The notes under the pieces are model-generated. The model ran no database searches and had not been told where the DNA came from. It saw only the letters and a program-made list of their open reading frames with translations. A DNA stretch of 63,980 nucleotides, counting the filler, from Olpidium bornovanus S191 (taxonomy: Eukaryota; Fungi; Olpidiomycota): assembly GCA_017911155.1 (NCBI GenBank). It is 27 parts of 27 records of this genome, joined end to end, with 100 filler letters (N's around TTAATTAATTAA, not from the genome) between each part and the next. Parts side by side here need not be neighbours in the genome. Positions count along the whole stretch, not along the records: positions 32,899 to 34,393 come from JAEFCI010005717.1; positions 34,494 to 37,049 come from JAEFCI010005772.1; positions 37,150 to 39,879 come from JAEFCI010003004.1; positions 39,980 to 41,053 come from JAEFCI010001558.1; positions 41,154 to 42,935 come from JAEFCI010012370.1; positions 43,036 to 44,036 come from JAEFCI010003194.1; positions 44,137 to 45,299 come from JAEFCI010010427.1; 20 more parts are not named here. One strand, written 5' to 3'. How positions within the stretch are numbered: the stretch's first letter is position 1; each line of letters starts with the position of its first letter. Below are positions 33,491-45,287 of the stretch, piece by piece. Both the position numbers and the translations under genes were made by a program.

Positions 33491-33769
33491 GAGGCGGCGG
33501 CCACCGCTACGGGTCAAGCAGCGTCAGGTGCTCTCTGTTTTTCGTTTTTCCTCATCTTTTCGCACGCAGCGCCTGCTGCAGAGTGGTTCGAGGCCGCGTC
33601 GTAGCGCTACCGACGTCGGTCTGAGTGCGACACGCGAGCCCGTTTACCAACCGGATCGCCCAGAGCCCCCTGCGGGCCTGAAGCCGACTCTGCCTTCTCT
33701 GCCGCTTGGACTTGATCTGCTTGCGGCGTCGGCTTTATCGTTGACAGCTGCTCCCCGACTTCACGCGCA

Positions 33770-34140
33770 ACTTCAAATTCACCTTGCAAACGGACGCCAG
33801 CGACCATAGGCTAGGCGCGTCCTCTGTCAGGAAGGTGATGATGGCTTCCTCCACCCAGTCGCTTTCGCCAGCCGAATGTTGACACCTGCGGAACTGAAGT
33901 ACCACACACAGGAAAAACAAGCGCTTGCCATCATCTGGGCTTGCGAAAAATTTTGCCCCTACCTGATGGGCAAAACCTTCGATGTCGAAACCGACCACGG
34001 CTCCCTAAAATGGCTTCTTGGCACACAAAAAGGCCGCCTTGCCTGCTGGGCCATGCGCCTCTCAGACTTTGATCTCACGATCAAACCAAAGCCGGGGAAG
34101 AGCAACGGCAATGCCAATGCCCCAAGCCGGTATCCGGTGG
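33770..34140 (+). mobile_element. Ty3/gypsy RNase H domain remnant
   Basis: FTLQTDASDHRLGA(fs)VLCQEGDDGFLHPVAFASRMLTPAELKYHTQEKQALAIIWACEKFCPYLMGKTFDVETDHGSLKWL..RLACWAMRLSDFDLTIKPKPGKSNGNANAPSR. Confidence 0.92.
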
Positions 34141-34493
34141 CTGACGCAGACCCCGCATGGTCTCCCGACAATATACCGCAGTACACGGACCTGCTTAATG
34201 CCTCGTCCACATTTGCACAGCCGGTTGCGCAGCACATGCACCTCTGCAATTTCACGACAGAGGCAGCCTACGCGCAGGTCTGTCACGGCGCACCGTGGTG
34301 GCGTCAAACCCCTCAGGCCGCGTCAAGCCCCTCTCGGGAATGCCTGCCGGGCAACGGTCACGTGATCTAGAAATCGCCGAGACCACTAGACACNNNNNNN
34401 NNNNNNNNNNNNNNNNNNNNNNNNNNNNNNNNNNNNNTTAATTAATTAANNNNNNNNNNNNNNNNNNNNNNNNNNNNNNNNNNNNNNNNNNNN

Positions 34494-35353
34494 CATGTTC
34501 TTCGCCACCCTGGCCACTTGCGACGCTGGGATCAAGCCGTCGTACGGGCATCCCAGCACGCAGGACACGTAACTGCGTGCGCAGGAAATCTGCATCGTCC
34601 AGCGAGGCGCAATAAGGGACGGCAGGGCAAACCCACCAAAAGGAAAATGGCGTACCCCCGGATATCGATGTTTTTCTTTTTTGCCGAGTTGACCACTTTA
34701 GAGAACTTCTCGAAGCTCTCGTCGATCGAACAGTTGATGTTTTTTTTACTGAAGGACTCGCTGGCGGCGCCAAAAATGGCGATCTCCTCCGCGCCCGCCG
34801 CCAACGCCGCCTCAAAACCCTTTAAATTCGGTGTCAGAACCGGGTATCGTGTTCCCAGCTTACGGGTGATCTTGGCCATTACGGCCGAGGCGTCGCTCAT
34901 CTGGTGGCAGGGGCGCCACCGGATGCACGTTCCGATCGGAGGTAGATTTGAGTGCTGGTGCGTAGCAGGTTGCTCGGCGGGGCAGGGACCAGCGTACAGC
35001 CCACAAGAAAAACACACCTGCGGGACCCACTTTGGCGACACAAACGATGTGCATTCCACCACGGGCAGTCCAGCGTCGGATAGGCGGTTGATCAGGTCGA
35101 TTTTGACATCGGTGGGCACGTTTTTCTTTTCGTTCTGGAGACCGTCGCGCGGTCCCACCTCAACGACCTTCACGAACGCGCCCGTCTGCCGGGCGACCTC
35201 CGGAAACTGCGACAACGCGGAGGAGTAGGACCTCCGCGCCGCGGCCGCGGCGCTGGAGAGAGTGACCACGGCGGGCGGAGCGGAGCTGGCGGACAACGCT
35301 CTCAGGGCCGGGCCGCTCAATACGCGCCACCTCGCGGGAACGCGGCAGGACAT
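34494..35353 (-). CDS. HMGCL: Hydroxymethylglutaryl-CoA lyase with a mitochondrial-type presequence, 3' partial
   Basis: [27 protein letters not shown]|[40 protein letters not shown]|[10 protein letters not shown]. Confidence 0.96.
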
Positions 35354-37291
35354 AATTTGTTCGCAAAGGCGGCAAACAGAGAGAGCGACAGCTACAGGAA
35401 AACCTTGGGCGTGTCCGTCGCCTGAAAAAGTTGACGTGGCCTCTTTGTTCGGGACGGACGCCCGCCACCACCCTCCCCCGGCTCGCGCGCTCACTATGAA
35501 GCCAAGTTAAAGACTTCTCTTTTCCACTTTCGCACGAAGGATGGCGTTCTTGGTCGGGAGCGCGTCCGCGCCGTCACGTGACTTTTTTCCAAGGACATGG
35601 CCGCATGGCTTCGCAGGCGGACACGCAAACCGCACCGAGGCCGATTAATCTCGAATGGCACTTGCACACGGCGCGGGCGATCCTTGACGCAGGATCGGTG
35701 GCCCATCCCTTCTAGCCCGGGCTCGACAAGCTGCGCCCCGCACATCCACCCAAATACCACTACGGGAGCGCCGGGCCTCCACAGGCGTCCTGGAAGGAGG
35801 CCCACCACTGTAGCGCGCAAAAGAAGACGACAATTCCCCTAGGCAACGGAATTAACACAGTAGCGTTTTTTCGTTCCTTGACTCCAGGTTGGCTCACCAG
35901 AAGATACAAACCTTTGGCGGAAGGCACCGAATTTTTACTTCAAATTCCGTTGGGTGAGGTCACGTGGCCGAACATGTTCCAGTCGTCTGACGGGTCGTGA
36001 TCAGATCCCGTCAGGGCACTGGGGCACCGAGGTACCAGGGCCACCAAGGTGGGTTTACAGACTCGGCTTCCAATGCCTCCTCGTCAGCGGAGGGCGGTCG
36101 ATGATGGCACTGGTATGGCGGAAACAGGAGTGTCTGGTTGTACGTGTCAAAAAAGAGATTTTCATGCGGTTCATTGTGTGTGCAGTTCGAAAAATCTCTG
36201 CGGAGAATCCTAGGAACTTTAGGATGGAGAGCACAATACATACGAAAGCCAAGATGTCGCACCACGCCCCAGTTTGCAGCTGAAGGATTGTAATCAGCAA
36301 GTCACAAAGCATCAAGACCCTGAACTGTCTGGTGTCGAACGCGCGTATTTTCATGTATATTGGTGCCAGAGCTTACTCCGCACGGAATTGCTAGACAACG
36401 GCGAAGTGTTGACATGCTAGATTGGACTGAACCATGGTCCATGTGCGGCGTGGGGCGCGCAACCTGCAGCAGCTTTTGCGCTGATGGGCACCGCCCATAC
36501 AACGTTTGTGCGAGACGACCGTAAGCTCCACCGACGAGTGACCGTAGGAAAACCTGATATAGTATTGAATTTATCTCAAACGCCCATGCTGTTCGAGTCA
36601 TCCGGCCACACAAACGCAACCGAAGAAACCTCAGTGTACCTGCTGACCTGCCGCGAGCAACACTTCCGGCGAAATTATACGGGCCACGTTGCACGGCCTA
36701 GCACACGGCATGAGAGCGAACCCGGCCAGTAAGCTCGGCCTCCTGTCCCGCGTGCTGAATTTCACAAGGCCGCCAATGTAAGTGTGGGGGATCTTGCAAG
36801 CAATAGGAACGTTGGCCTCGGTCTGGATTTAATCACCTATTCATGCAATGCAGAGATGCAATCCTCTGGTTCTTCCCTGGTTCTATGTTTTTTTTACCGT
36901 GACAGCAGCGTGGTGTCAAAAGTATAAAGCATGTAACACTATACATTTCCAGCGGTAGCTACTGAGTGCGGCCAGATAGGATCGATGGAATGAGGGGAAT
37001 AGTTTCCCACGTTTTGTTTCTATCAGTTCACCAGGCGATCACGGGTGGGNNNNNNNNNNNNNNNNNNNNNNNNNNNNNNNNNNNNNNNNNNNNTTAATTA
37101 ATTAANNNNNNNNNNNNNNNNNNNNNNNNNNNNNNNNNNNNNNNNNNNNCATGCAGGAGTTTCGGTTCCGACGTCACTGGGTCCGGCCCTCTATCATATA
37201 CTCTGATCACTGATCAGGGCAGCGTGATAATGAGCGCCCCTGTCACCGCCGATCGGCAGACCGCAAAAGCACGTCCGAGAGCGCGCTTACC

Positions 37292-39562
37292 GTTGTCATA
37301 ACTGTTAATGGCAAAGACCAAGTCCTCATCGAAGCTGTATCCTTTTACCACGTCAATCAATCTCCGTCGTGCATTGCTGCCGCTCTTGCCGAGGCGAACA
37401 GTAAGGACGACGCGCCATCTCACAAGACGCGTACCTGATACCTTGCTGCACATGGCTATGTGCGAAAGCGGTTTCCGCGTCGGTTCGTTAAGAAAGGAGT
37501 GGACGCATTTGCCTACACGGACGTCCCACGTTTTCACGGTGCCCAGCGCGTCCCCTGTCACGACGTAGACACCGTCCCCGTGTGGTTGACTGCGGAAAAA
37601 GAATCGGGCAGGAACTTTAGCAAATGGTGTGAGCGTGTACGTGTGTGTGTGGCGGGGAAGGGGAAGAAGTCTGAAGCAACCGACTTGTAAAAAAAAGAAC
37701 GACGATGTCGACGACCGTCGAGCCAATGCCTTCCCTCTTGGCCTTACAGTGTGTTTACCATCGCGTCGTTACGAATGATGAGAGTGGCGTCGGAGCCACC
37801 TTTCCTCGTGTCAACAACCGCCAGGACGTTGCGCGAAGTGCCGTAGAAAAACACGTTACGGTCTGCAGAAAGAGTGCGCGCGGGGGAGATTCAACGACCA
37901 GAGTGAAAAAAAAACTCGTCCGAGAGCGGCATCGGCGTAACAGGAAAAGCCGTATAAAGATAATCCGGCAAAAAAAAAAAAAAAAAAAAAAGAAAAAATT
38001 GGCCACGTCTCGAGAGAGACGGAGAGAGAGAGAAAGGGTTTGTCGCACCTTGCGGGTGGAACGCGACACACTGAACGAAGCCCTCGCAGTCAAAGGACCC
38101 GCTCAGCTTCTGCTCTTCGATGGCCCAAGTCTTGCACGTTTGGTCGTACGCGCCTGAAACAAGCGCCGCCGAGTCCGCCGACCACGAGACGTCCGACACG
38201 TTCAGGTTGTGGTCTCTGAAGCACGCGACCTGCGACGGACGCTGTGGGTTGAGTATCCGGCGTTCGCCCCCTCGTTTATAATACAATTGCACACCCCCCC
38301 ACCTCTTTCGGTGTTGACACCGTGTCCCATATCTTGACTGCCTTATCGAACGACCCTGACGCGAGGAACTTGCCGCACGGCGAGTGCTGCACAACGTAGA
38401 CGGCCGCCGAGTGGCCCTGCAACAGGCGCGGCAGGCCACCGCGAAGTAGGATTCGGCTGTCAGGCGGCATAGTTTGCAGATTCCAAATAAAAAATCTGTC
38501 CATCGATCGCTTCCGGCGCTTGCCTTGAGCTCGTATCTCTGCTGAAATAATCGGCCGTCCCGGTGCTTGTCTCTTCTTGATACCTCTGACGGGGTCGTGC
38601 TCGCTGGCGTTGTTCCCACCCACCCCACGAAGTCCACCCGCGTTAGCCCGGGGCCCTGTGGGTGCTTCCAGAGTTGCACCGACGCGCGGCCAAAAATAGC
38701 TGCCCCCCCCCTCCGCGCCGCGCGTCGTATCCAGATCGGCCAAGCGCGTCCCGCAACGACAACTGCGAAACGGGGTGAGGGGAGGAGCGCCTTGGCCGTC
38801 CGGAAGCGGGGTTGGGTCGAACGCGTTTCGGACGCGCGGAAACCGGCGCGCACGCCAGAGGGGTGGAAACAGACGGGGGACAATACCGGGCGCGTCTGCG
38901 CGAGCTTTTTCGTTCCTTCCGGCTCTGTGCCACGCCGGGGGCGGGGGGGGGGGGAAACGGCCCGCGGCAAAACTCCCAAGACCCACCGGGGCGGCGAGTA
39001 ACCCCGGGGAGCGTGGGGAAAGGCGTATGCGAAACCCCGTTCCGGACCTCTCAACTCAACAAAAAAAAAAACGAAACTCACGCAGGCTTTCCAGCTCCTG
39101 GATCCCCTCGGGCACCACGGCTGCCGCGGCGGTCGCCAGTCCCGGTCCCGGATCGAAGGCTGGGGCAGGGGCAGCGGCCGCAGCGGAGGACGACGACGAC
39201 GACGACGACAACGCCGGCGGCGGGGCGGCGGCGGCGGCGGCGGCGGCGGCGGAGTCGGCGGGTTCGAAGACGAGGAACGGCCCGGGCTTGGCGAGGACCT
39301 GGGGGGGCTGGAGAGGAAGGGCGGCGGCGGCGACGCCGGCGCCGGCGCCTGCGCCCTGGGGCCCGCCGTGGTGGTGGTGGTGGCGGTGGCTGCAGCACTG
39401 GTGGAGCGCCCACGAGTACCTCGTGGAGAGCTCGTAGATGGACTTCTTCAGGCTCGAGTTCTCGCGCTCCAACTGGTCGACGCGCGCCTTGAGCGCCTTG
39501 CTCTCCCGGAGGAGCTTCTCCACGTCCGACGTGCCGGCCACGCCCACGCCCACGGCCTCCAT
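37292..39562 (-). CDS. WD40-repeat protein with an N-terminal coiled coil, family not identified, 3' partial
   Basis: KALKARVDQLERENSSLKKSIYELS; GHSAAVYVVQHSPCGKFLASGSFDKAVKIWD; HNLNVSDVSWSADSAALVSGAYDQTCKTW; VVTGDALGTVKTWD. Confidence 0.85.
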
Positions 39563-39568
39563 CAATTC

Positions 39569-39611
<43 letters not shown>

Positions 39612-39765
39612 TTTTTTTGCCTTTTGGGGGGCGAGCGGGGGCGGGGGCGGGGGCGGGGAAGGCGCGGGGGGAGGGAGGGGCGGGCCGTGTGCGAGCCGAG
39701 GAGAGGAGGAGAGGAGGAGAGGCGGGGAAGGGGGGGGGGGGGGGGGGGGGTGGGGGGGGGGGGGG

Positions 39766-39796
<31 letters not shown>

Positions 39797-40028
39797 CCGC
39801 GAACCGTCCAAATACTCTTGTGCGGAAATTCCGCGGGATGGAATGAAACCCGTGGAGACGGAAAAGTTCACTGCCGCGANNNNNNNNNNNNNNNNNNNNN
39901 NNNNNNNNNNNNNNNNNNNNNNNTTAATTAATTAANNNNNNNNNNNNNNNNNNNNNNNNNNNNNNNNNNNNNNNNNNNNCCGGGCCCTTTATCCGCTTGC
40001 AATTTTGTCTGAATCTTGCGCCCGGGGC

Positions 40029-40061
<33 letters not shown>

Positions 40062-40089
40062 CTTTTTCCTCTTTCTTTGTTAGTTTCTG

Positions 40090-40955
40090 ACGCGGTTGGC
40101 TCCCCACAGACGTCAACATTACCGACGTCTCCGAGCTCTCCGACGTCCCGAGCGACATCGTGGACGACGAGGACGAGGAGCTGGATGACGAAGACGCCGC
40201 GATGCCGGACGCGGCGGGAGACGACGACGACGACGACGCGGAGGGGGAAGAAGACGAAGCCGACGAGGGCAACGACGTTTCTTCAGAGGCCGTGTCGTCG
40301 CCGCCGCGCCCCGCGCTACGGAGAGTTTCCCGACAGGCGGCGGCAGCTGCGGCGGCGGCGGCGGCGACGGCGACCTCTGCTCGGTCGGCAAGGGCGCGGG
40401 CCGCGAAAGCCAAGGCCGCGGGGCGGCGAGCGCAGGAAATTCATAGGCGAAAAGGTGCTTTAACCCACCGACCGAACGAATAAACGGGAGTTTTTTGGAT
40501 TTTTGTTTTTTTATGCTTTGGCGGCCCGTGTGTAGCCGAAACTGACTTTTCTCTTCACTCGCCTCGGCCCCGTTGGACGGTCCCTCCCCCCGGAACCCGC
40601 TACACCCCTGTTTTCGTGAGTTGCCTGTTGTGCCCAGGGTTTTTTGCTTCGCCGCCGAAACTCGACGCGTTTCTATGGCTGATTTCTTTTTTTCGTTCAG
40701 GGACGTCGGAAAGAGGGACCCGGACAGGAGGAAGAGCTTGATGACCTGGACATGGAAGAGCCAGAGGAGGAGGAGCTTGACGACGAGGAAGGTGACGACG
40801 ATGTTCTCTCTGATCTGTCGTTGGAAACCGGAGACGACGGCGAAGGCCGAAAGTCCACGCCGAGCCTGGCCGAGCTTCAAGGCAAGCTGACGCGGCGGCA
40901 ACTGGCAAAGCTGGACGGATACGAGGAGGATCTCATGCTTGAACTCCCTACCGCC
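40090..40955 (+). CDS. Acidic protein fragment, possibly INO80 subunit Ies2/INO80B
   Basis: D/E-rich exons followed by KLTRRQLAKLDG..LMLELP, which resembles the LT(A/K)RQRA..LP motif of Ies2/INO80B. Confidence 0.45.
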
Positions 40956-41917
40956 GGTAAACAGCAGAAAACCGGGACGGGGAGTGAGAGAGAGAGAAAG
41001 AGAAAGAGAAAGACAGACACCGAGATTTGCAAACGGAGTCGGAAATGACGACGNNNNNNNNNNNNNNNNNNNNNNNNNNNNNNNNNNNNNNNNNNNNTTA
41101 ATTAATTAANNNNNNNNNNNNNNNNNNNNNNNNNNNNNNNNNNNNNNNNNNNNCATGATGAAAGCCACCTTGCGGACAGTTCGAGCTTGTTGGGATTTTG
41201 AGCTGCACAAGCAACGAGCTGCGCCGTCAAAACCTTATAAACCCAAAACGAACATAACAAAAGCGGCAAAACAAACATCAAAACCTCTTAGGCCTACGAG
41301 CCGACGCACAGGGTTGTGCTGGCAAAGTTGTTGAGCGGTGTCGTGCGCGCGTTTGATCGAGTGTGGTCGTTTGAAATTGGCACTTGCCCAAAACGCATAT
41401 CCGAGCTTCATGCGCAAACGATCACGTGACCACACTGCGCCTACCTTCCTGACAAGGATTCCCGGCCGTCCTCCCGTCCCCATCGCGCTCTTCAGCAACG
41501 ATGGCCGACGACCAGCGCGGGGACCTCAACGGCCGAAAACTTGGCAGAGAAGCAGACGGCGGAGGACCGGATACCCGGGCGGCCAGCCGCGAACAGCAGC
41601 ATCAGCTGCTGCTGCAACCACCCCGCCGGAAGCTTTTCCAGGAGAGCGGAGGGGCCGGAGGCAGCGCGGACCGTGACTATTGCCCAGCTGCCGAAGAGAG
41701 CGATCTGGGCTCTGACTCCGCGGTGCTCTGCAGCCAGGTTTTGGGGCCGCCTGTCAAGCTCCCGAGTGATGGACCAACCAAGAGCGCATTCGAACCCCTG
41801 CGGATGCGGGCGTGCCTTGGCGGATCAGTCTCGCATGGTTCGGAGGTGCGGAAACCGGCCGGACTCGTTCTCTTTTCCGTTCAAACGGAAACATGATCGC
41901 CCTAACACATCGGCGCT

Positions 41918-42617
41918 TTGCAGTCCGAGCAAACGACGCCGCTGCATTCACCCACAGTGTCCATGACGTCCCTTTCACTGTCTTCGACGCATGTATCACC
42001 GGCGACGAGAGCGGCAACCAGGGGATCGTGTTCCACTCCAACGCGGCCGGCGGGTCCGCCGTTACCCTTCGGTTCTCAGAATTTGAATATGCGTTCTGTG
42101 ATCTGCGCAGAGTCGATGCAAGACGGAGACCTCGGTGGCGGCATGATCTCGCCCGAGTCGACCTTATCGTCGACCGTAAATTCCCCCGCAACGCTCGGCG
42201 CCGGTTTCCGAAGCGACGTCACGGCGGGCAAACAGACTTTTCCCGAGGGAAGCAGAACGCTGGACAACCCGCGGATGGACCCGGGCGAGCTCTTCACCGG
42301 ACTTCCCCAGCAAAAGTCCGATGCCGGCTTGTCGCCCGACGGGCCAAGTTCTCCGCTGTTGCCGGCGGCGCCGGGGACCAATGATGGGATCGGTGCCCGC
42401 TCCAGGCGGAAGAGCTCCTGGCAAATCATTGAACGGCTAGCCCTTCACCAATTCCGCAGCTGGGTCGCCGCTGTTTGCATTGTCACGTTTGACCTCGAAG
42501 TCGGACAGGCGCTCGAACTCGTGTACCCGCCCACCACCGAAGCTTCCGAAAACTCCGAGTACGCCACCCACGCTGAAGGGGACGTGGTGTTCGACGCAAA
42601 GGAGAGGAAAAACGTGT
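41918..42617 (+). CDS. DENND6: DENN-domain protein 6 (FAM116)-like, partial
   Basis: FRSWVAAVCIVTFDLEVGQALELVYPP..ERKNV matches the DENND6 uDENN start. Confidence 0.8.
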
Positions 42618-44136
42618 GAGTAGCGGTGAGTTTCCCGGCAACTCTTCTGCAGGCGCCAATCATACATGCTGTTAAAAGAAGTTATGTGGTGTTGAAGGCG
42701 GTTCGGGCATTGGCAAAAGTTGAAGCCGCGTCGAGTGTTTGCATCACTTTTGTCGAGGATGACGAGTTCCGCATCGCGGCTATTTTGACTAAAATAGGTG
42801 ACCCTTACCTTTGCCATGCTTTGCCTCTGCATCTGTTCTTGCATCCGTGTTTGTTTAACGTAGCGCATTCTCGGCGTTCCCGGATTCCAATGCTTTTGAG
42901 AGCGTGGGCGAAACCGTGTTTTCCTTCCGAACAAANNNNNNNNNNNNNNNNNNNNNNNNNNNNNNNNNNNNNNNNNNNNTTAATTAATTAANNNNNNNNN
43001 NNNNNNNNNNNNNNNNNNNNNNNNNNNNNNNNNNNCATGAAAAAGGATAATTCGGCTACCAAACTCGAGAATCTGGACGCCATACACGATGTTTCTTTCA
43101 GTCGAGTTCTTGAGGTCACTGGACTTCTCGTTCCGAGTTAACGGCGGGCTGTCACGCCATTGGTTAGACACGCCTCCTTCCCCTCCTGTTTATGCGGTTC
43201 GCGGGCCCCCGAGATGCGCATAAACCCGGTGTTTGGGGGGGGGGCAACATCCGGACACGCTGGGAAAAGAGTTATCGAAAAGGTTTGTCAAGGGTTTTTT
43301 ACAGGGGAGGGGCCTATCTGTGAGTCGAGGGTCGCCGTATTTCTACCGTCTACTCGGCGGTTCGATTTCGGATTTCTACAAAAATTCTACTGGAGGTTTG
43401 ACACCCCCCACTGATGTCCCGACGTGCGTTGGTGGATATCCAAGAACGGTTCTGACCGAGCAGCGGCAGTCGCAACATCCCGTGTTGTGTGTCGGCTCTC
43501 TCCGCCGTTAAACAAAAAAAAAAAAAAAAAAAAGATTGACACACAAGAAGGTAACGCCGGGCGTCAGTCAAATCAAAAAGCACGCGGGCGGCCGCAGGAA
43601 ATGTTGAAACCCGGGACGAACACGTGGCAACAAACGCTCGCCAGAAGTGGGCAGTGGCCGTCCTTCTCGGGAAGATTCTCGCTTCTCAGCGCAAACAAAC
43701 GTAAACAGAGGCGTACAAAGAAGAAAGAAGTGCTTCCACAGCAAGAAAGAAGATATTACGCCGCCGACCAGAAATAAAAAGAGAACAAACAAGACAAGAA
43801 AAAAGTGCACGACGGCGAACGCAAGAGAGGGCCCGGACCTGATTATCTCGAAGCAATAAAAGAATAAAGCGGTAAGCCGAAGAATTTGCTGTTCCTATTG
43901 GGTTTACTCTATTGAGTTAACTCTCGCCCTATGCGACTTGCAAGCGACGCTTGACAGTTCTTGGTGGTTATTGCTAACACTGGGCATCCTTTGTGATGAT
44001 CCAAGTCTTATATTGGAGTGAATGCAAAAGCGCATGNNNNNNNNNNNNNNNNNNNNNNNNNNNNNNNNNNNNNNNNNNNNTTAATTAATTAANNNNNNNN
44101 NNNNNNNNNNNNNNNNNNNNNNNNNNNNNNNNNNNN

Positions 44137-44741
44137 CATGCCGAGAGCGGCGCTCCGGCGTCATCGTTTGGGTGTTGGTCGACCTGCTCCGAGATCAAAG
44201 AATTTCGCGCGTTGTCAGCGTCGGGGTGACGAGAGAGCTGTTCGTTGCCGTCGGGGCAAAGAGATACCTGTTCGGAGTTGTCGGGGTGACGAGATACCTG
44301 TTCGCTGTCGTCGGGACAACCAGAAGCCTGCTCCACGAACATACTCTTTTGCCAGTGGTCGTCGTCGGGATGTTGAACAAACTGCTGGCTGTCGCTTGCT
44401 CGACCAGAGGCCGGTTCCAAGATTGAACGCTTTTGCCGGTGGTTGCCGTCGGGGTGTTGAGTGACCCCTTCGTTGACGTCGAAGCGACGAAAAGCCGGTT
44501 TCAAGATCAAAGGTTTTCCCGCGTTTTCTTCGGGGTGTTGCGCGACTGGGTCGTTGTCGCCGGGGCGACGAGAGACCAGTTCCGAAATCGGAAACTTTCG
44601 CGCGGCCTTGTCGTGGTGTTGAACGACCTGTTCGTTGTCGTCGAGGAGACGAGAAACCCGTTCCGAGATCGAAAGCTTTAGCGCGTTGTTGTTGTCGTCG
44701 GGGCGACAAAAGACCCGCCGCGAAGTCGAAGGCCGCACCAC
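44137..44741 (-). CDS. Unknown protein with hierarchical 10-aa and 27-28-aa repeats (PDDxEQVSRH), partial
   Basis: Open frame of more than 200 codons; 30-bp DNA repeats gtcggggtgacgaga..cctgttcg and longer ~81-84-bp units. Confidence 0.55.
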
Positions 44742-45231
44742 GTCCTCGTCGAAATGATGCTGTTCGCAATCGATTTTCGAAGCACCGCTGTTTTTGATCG
44801 TGTGGCGAGGAGCTCCGCAGTGGTGGTCCGCCTCGCGAGAAGTCGGGGAGTATTCCGTATTAAAAGTCTCCGGCTTGAAACGGGCGTGACAAATAATTTT
44901 GTAACCTCTGTGAATTTAAATGGAGTCGGAAACGGCGGGACGACAGCGGAAACGGTGAGCAGGCATGGGTGGGCGAGAATTATGATTCTAATCTCAATTT
45001 ATTGACACTTTATGCGCATGAAAAACACAACAGGCTCGGCAAACATTCTTCATGCCCCTCTGGCGAAGCGCTTGCATTTTCCCGGTATATCTAACTAGCA
45101 CATACCGGATTTTGTCGAACATATCGAAACGCGAGGTCGGCAGCAGCGTCTCGTAGGCCTGCGGAGAGACGACCGGTAAAAAAGCGTCCGCCTGGGAGAT
45201 CGAATCTGAAATGGTCGCGGCTGTTTTGAGG

Positions 45232-45287
<56 letters not shown>

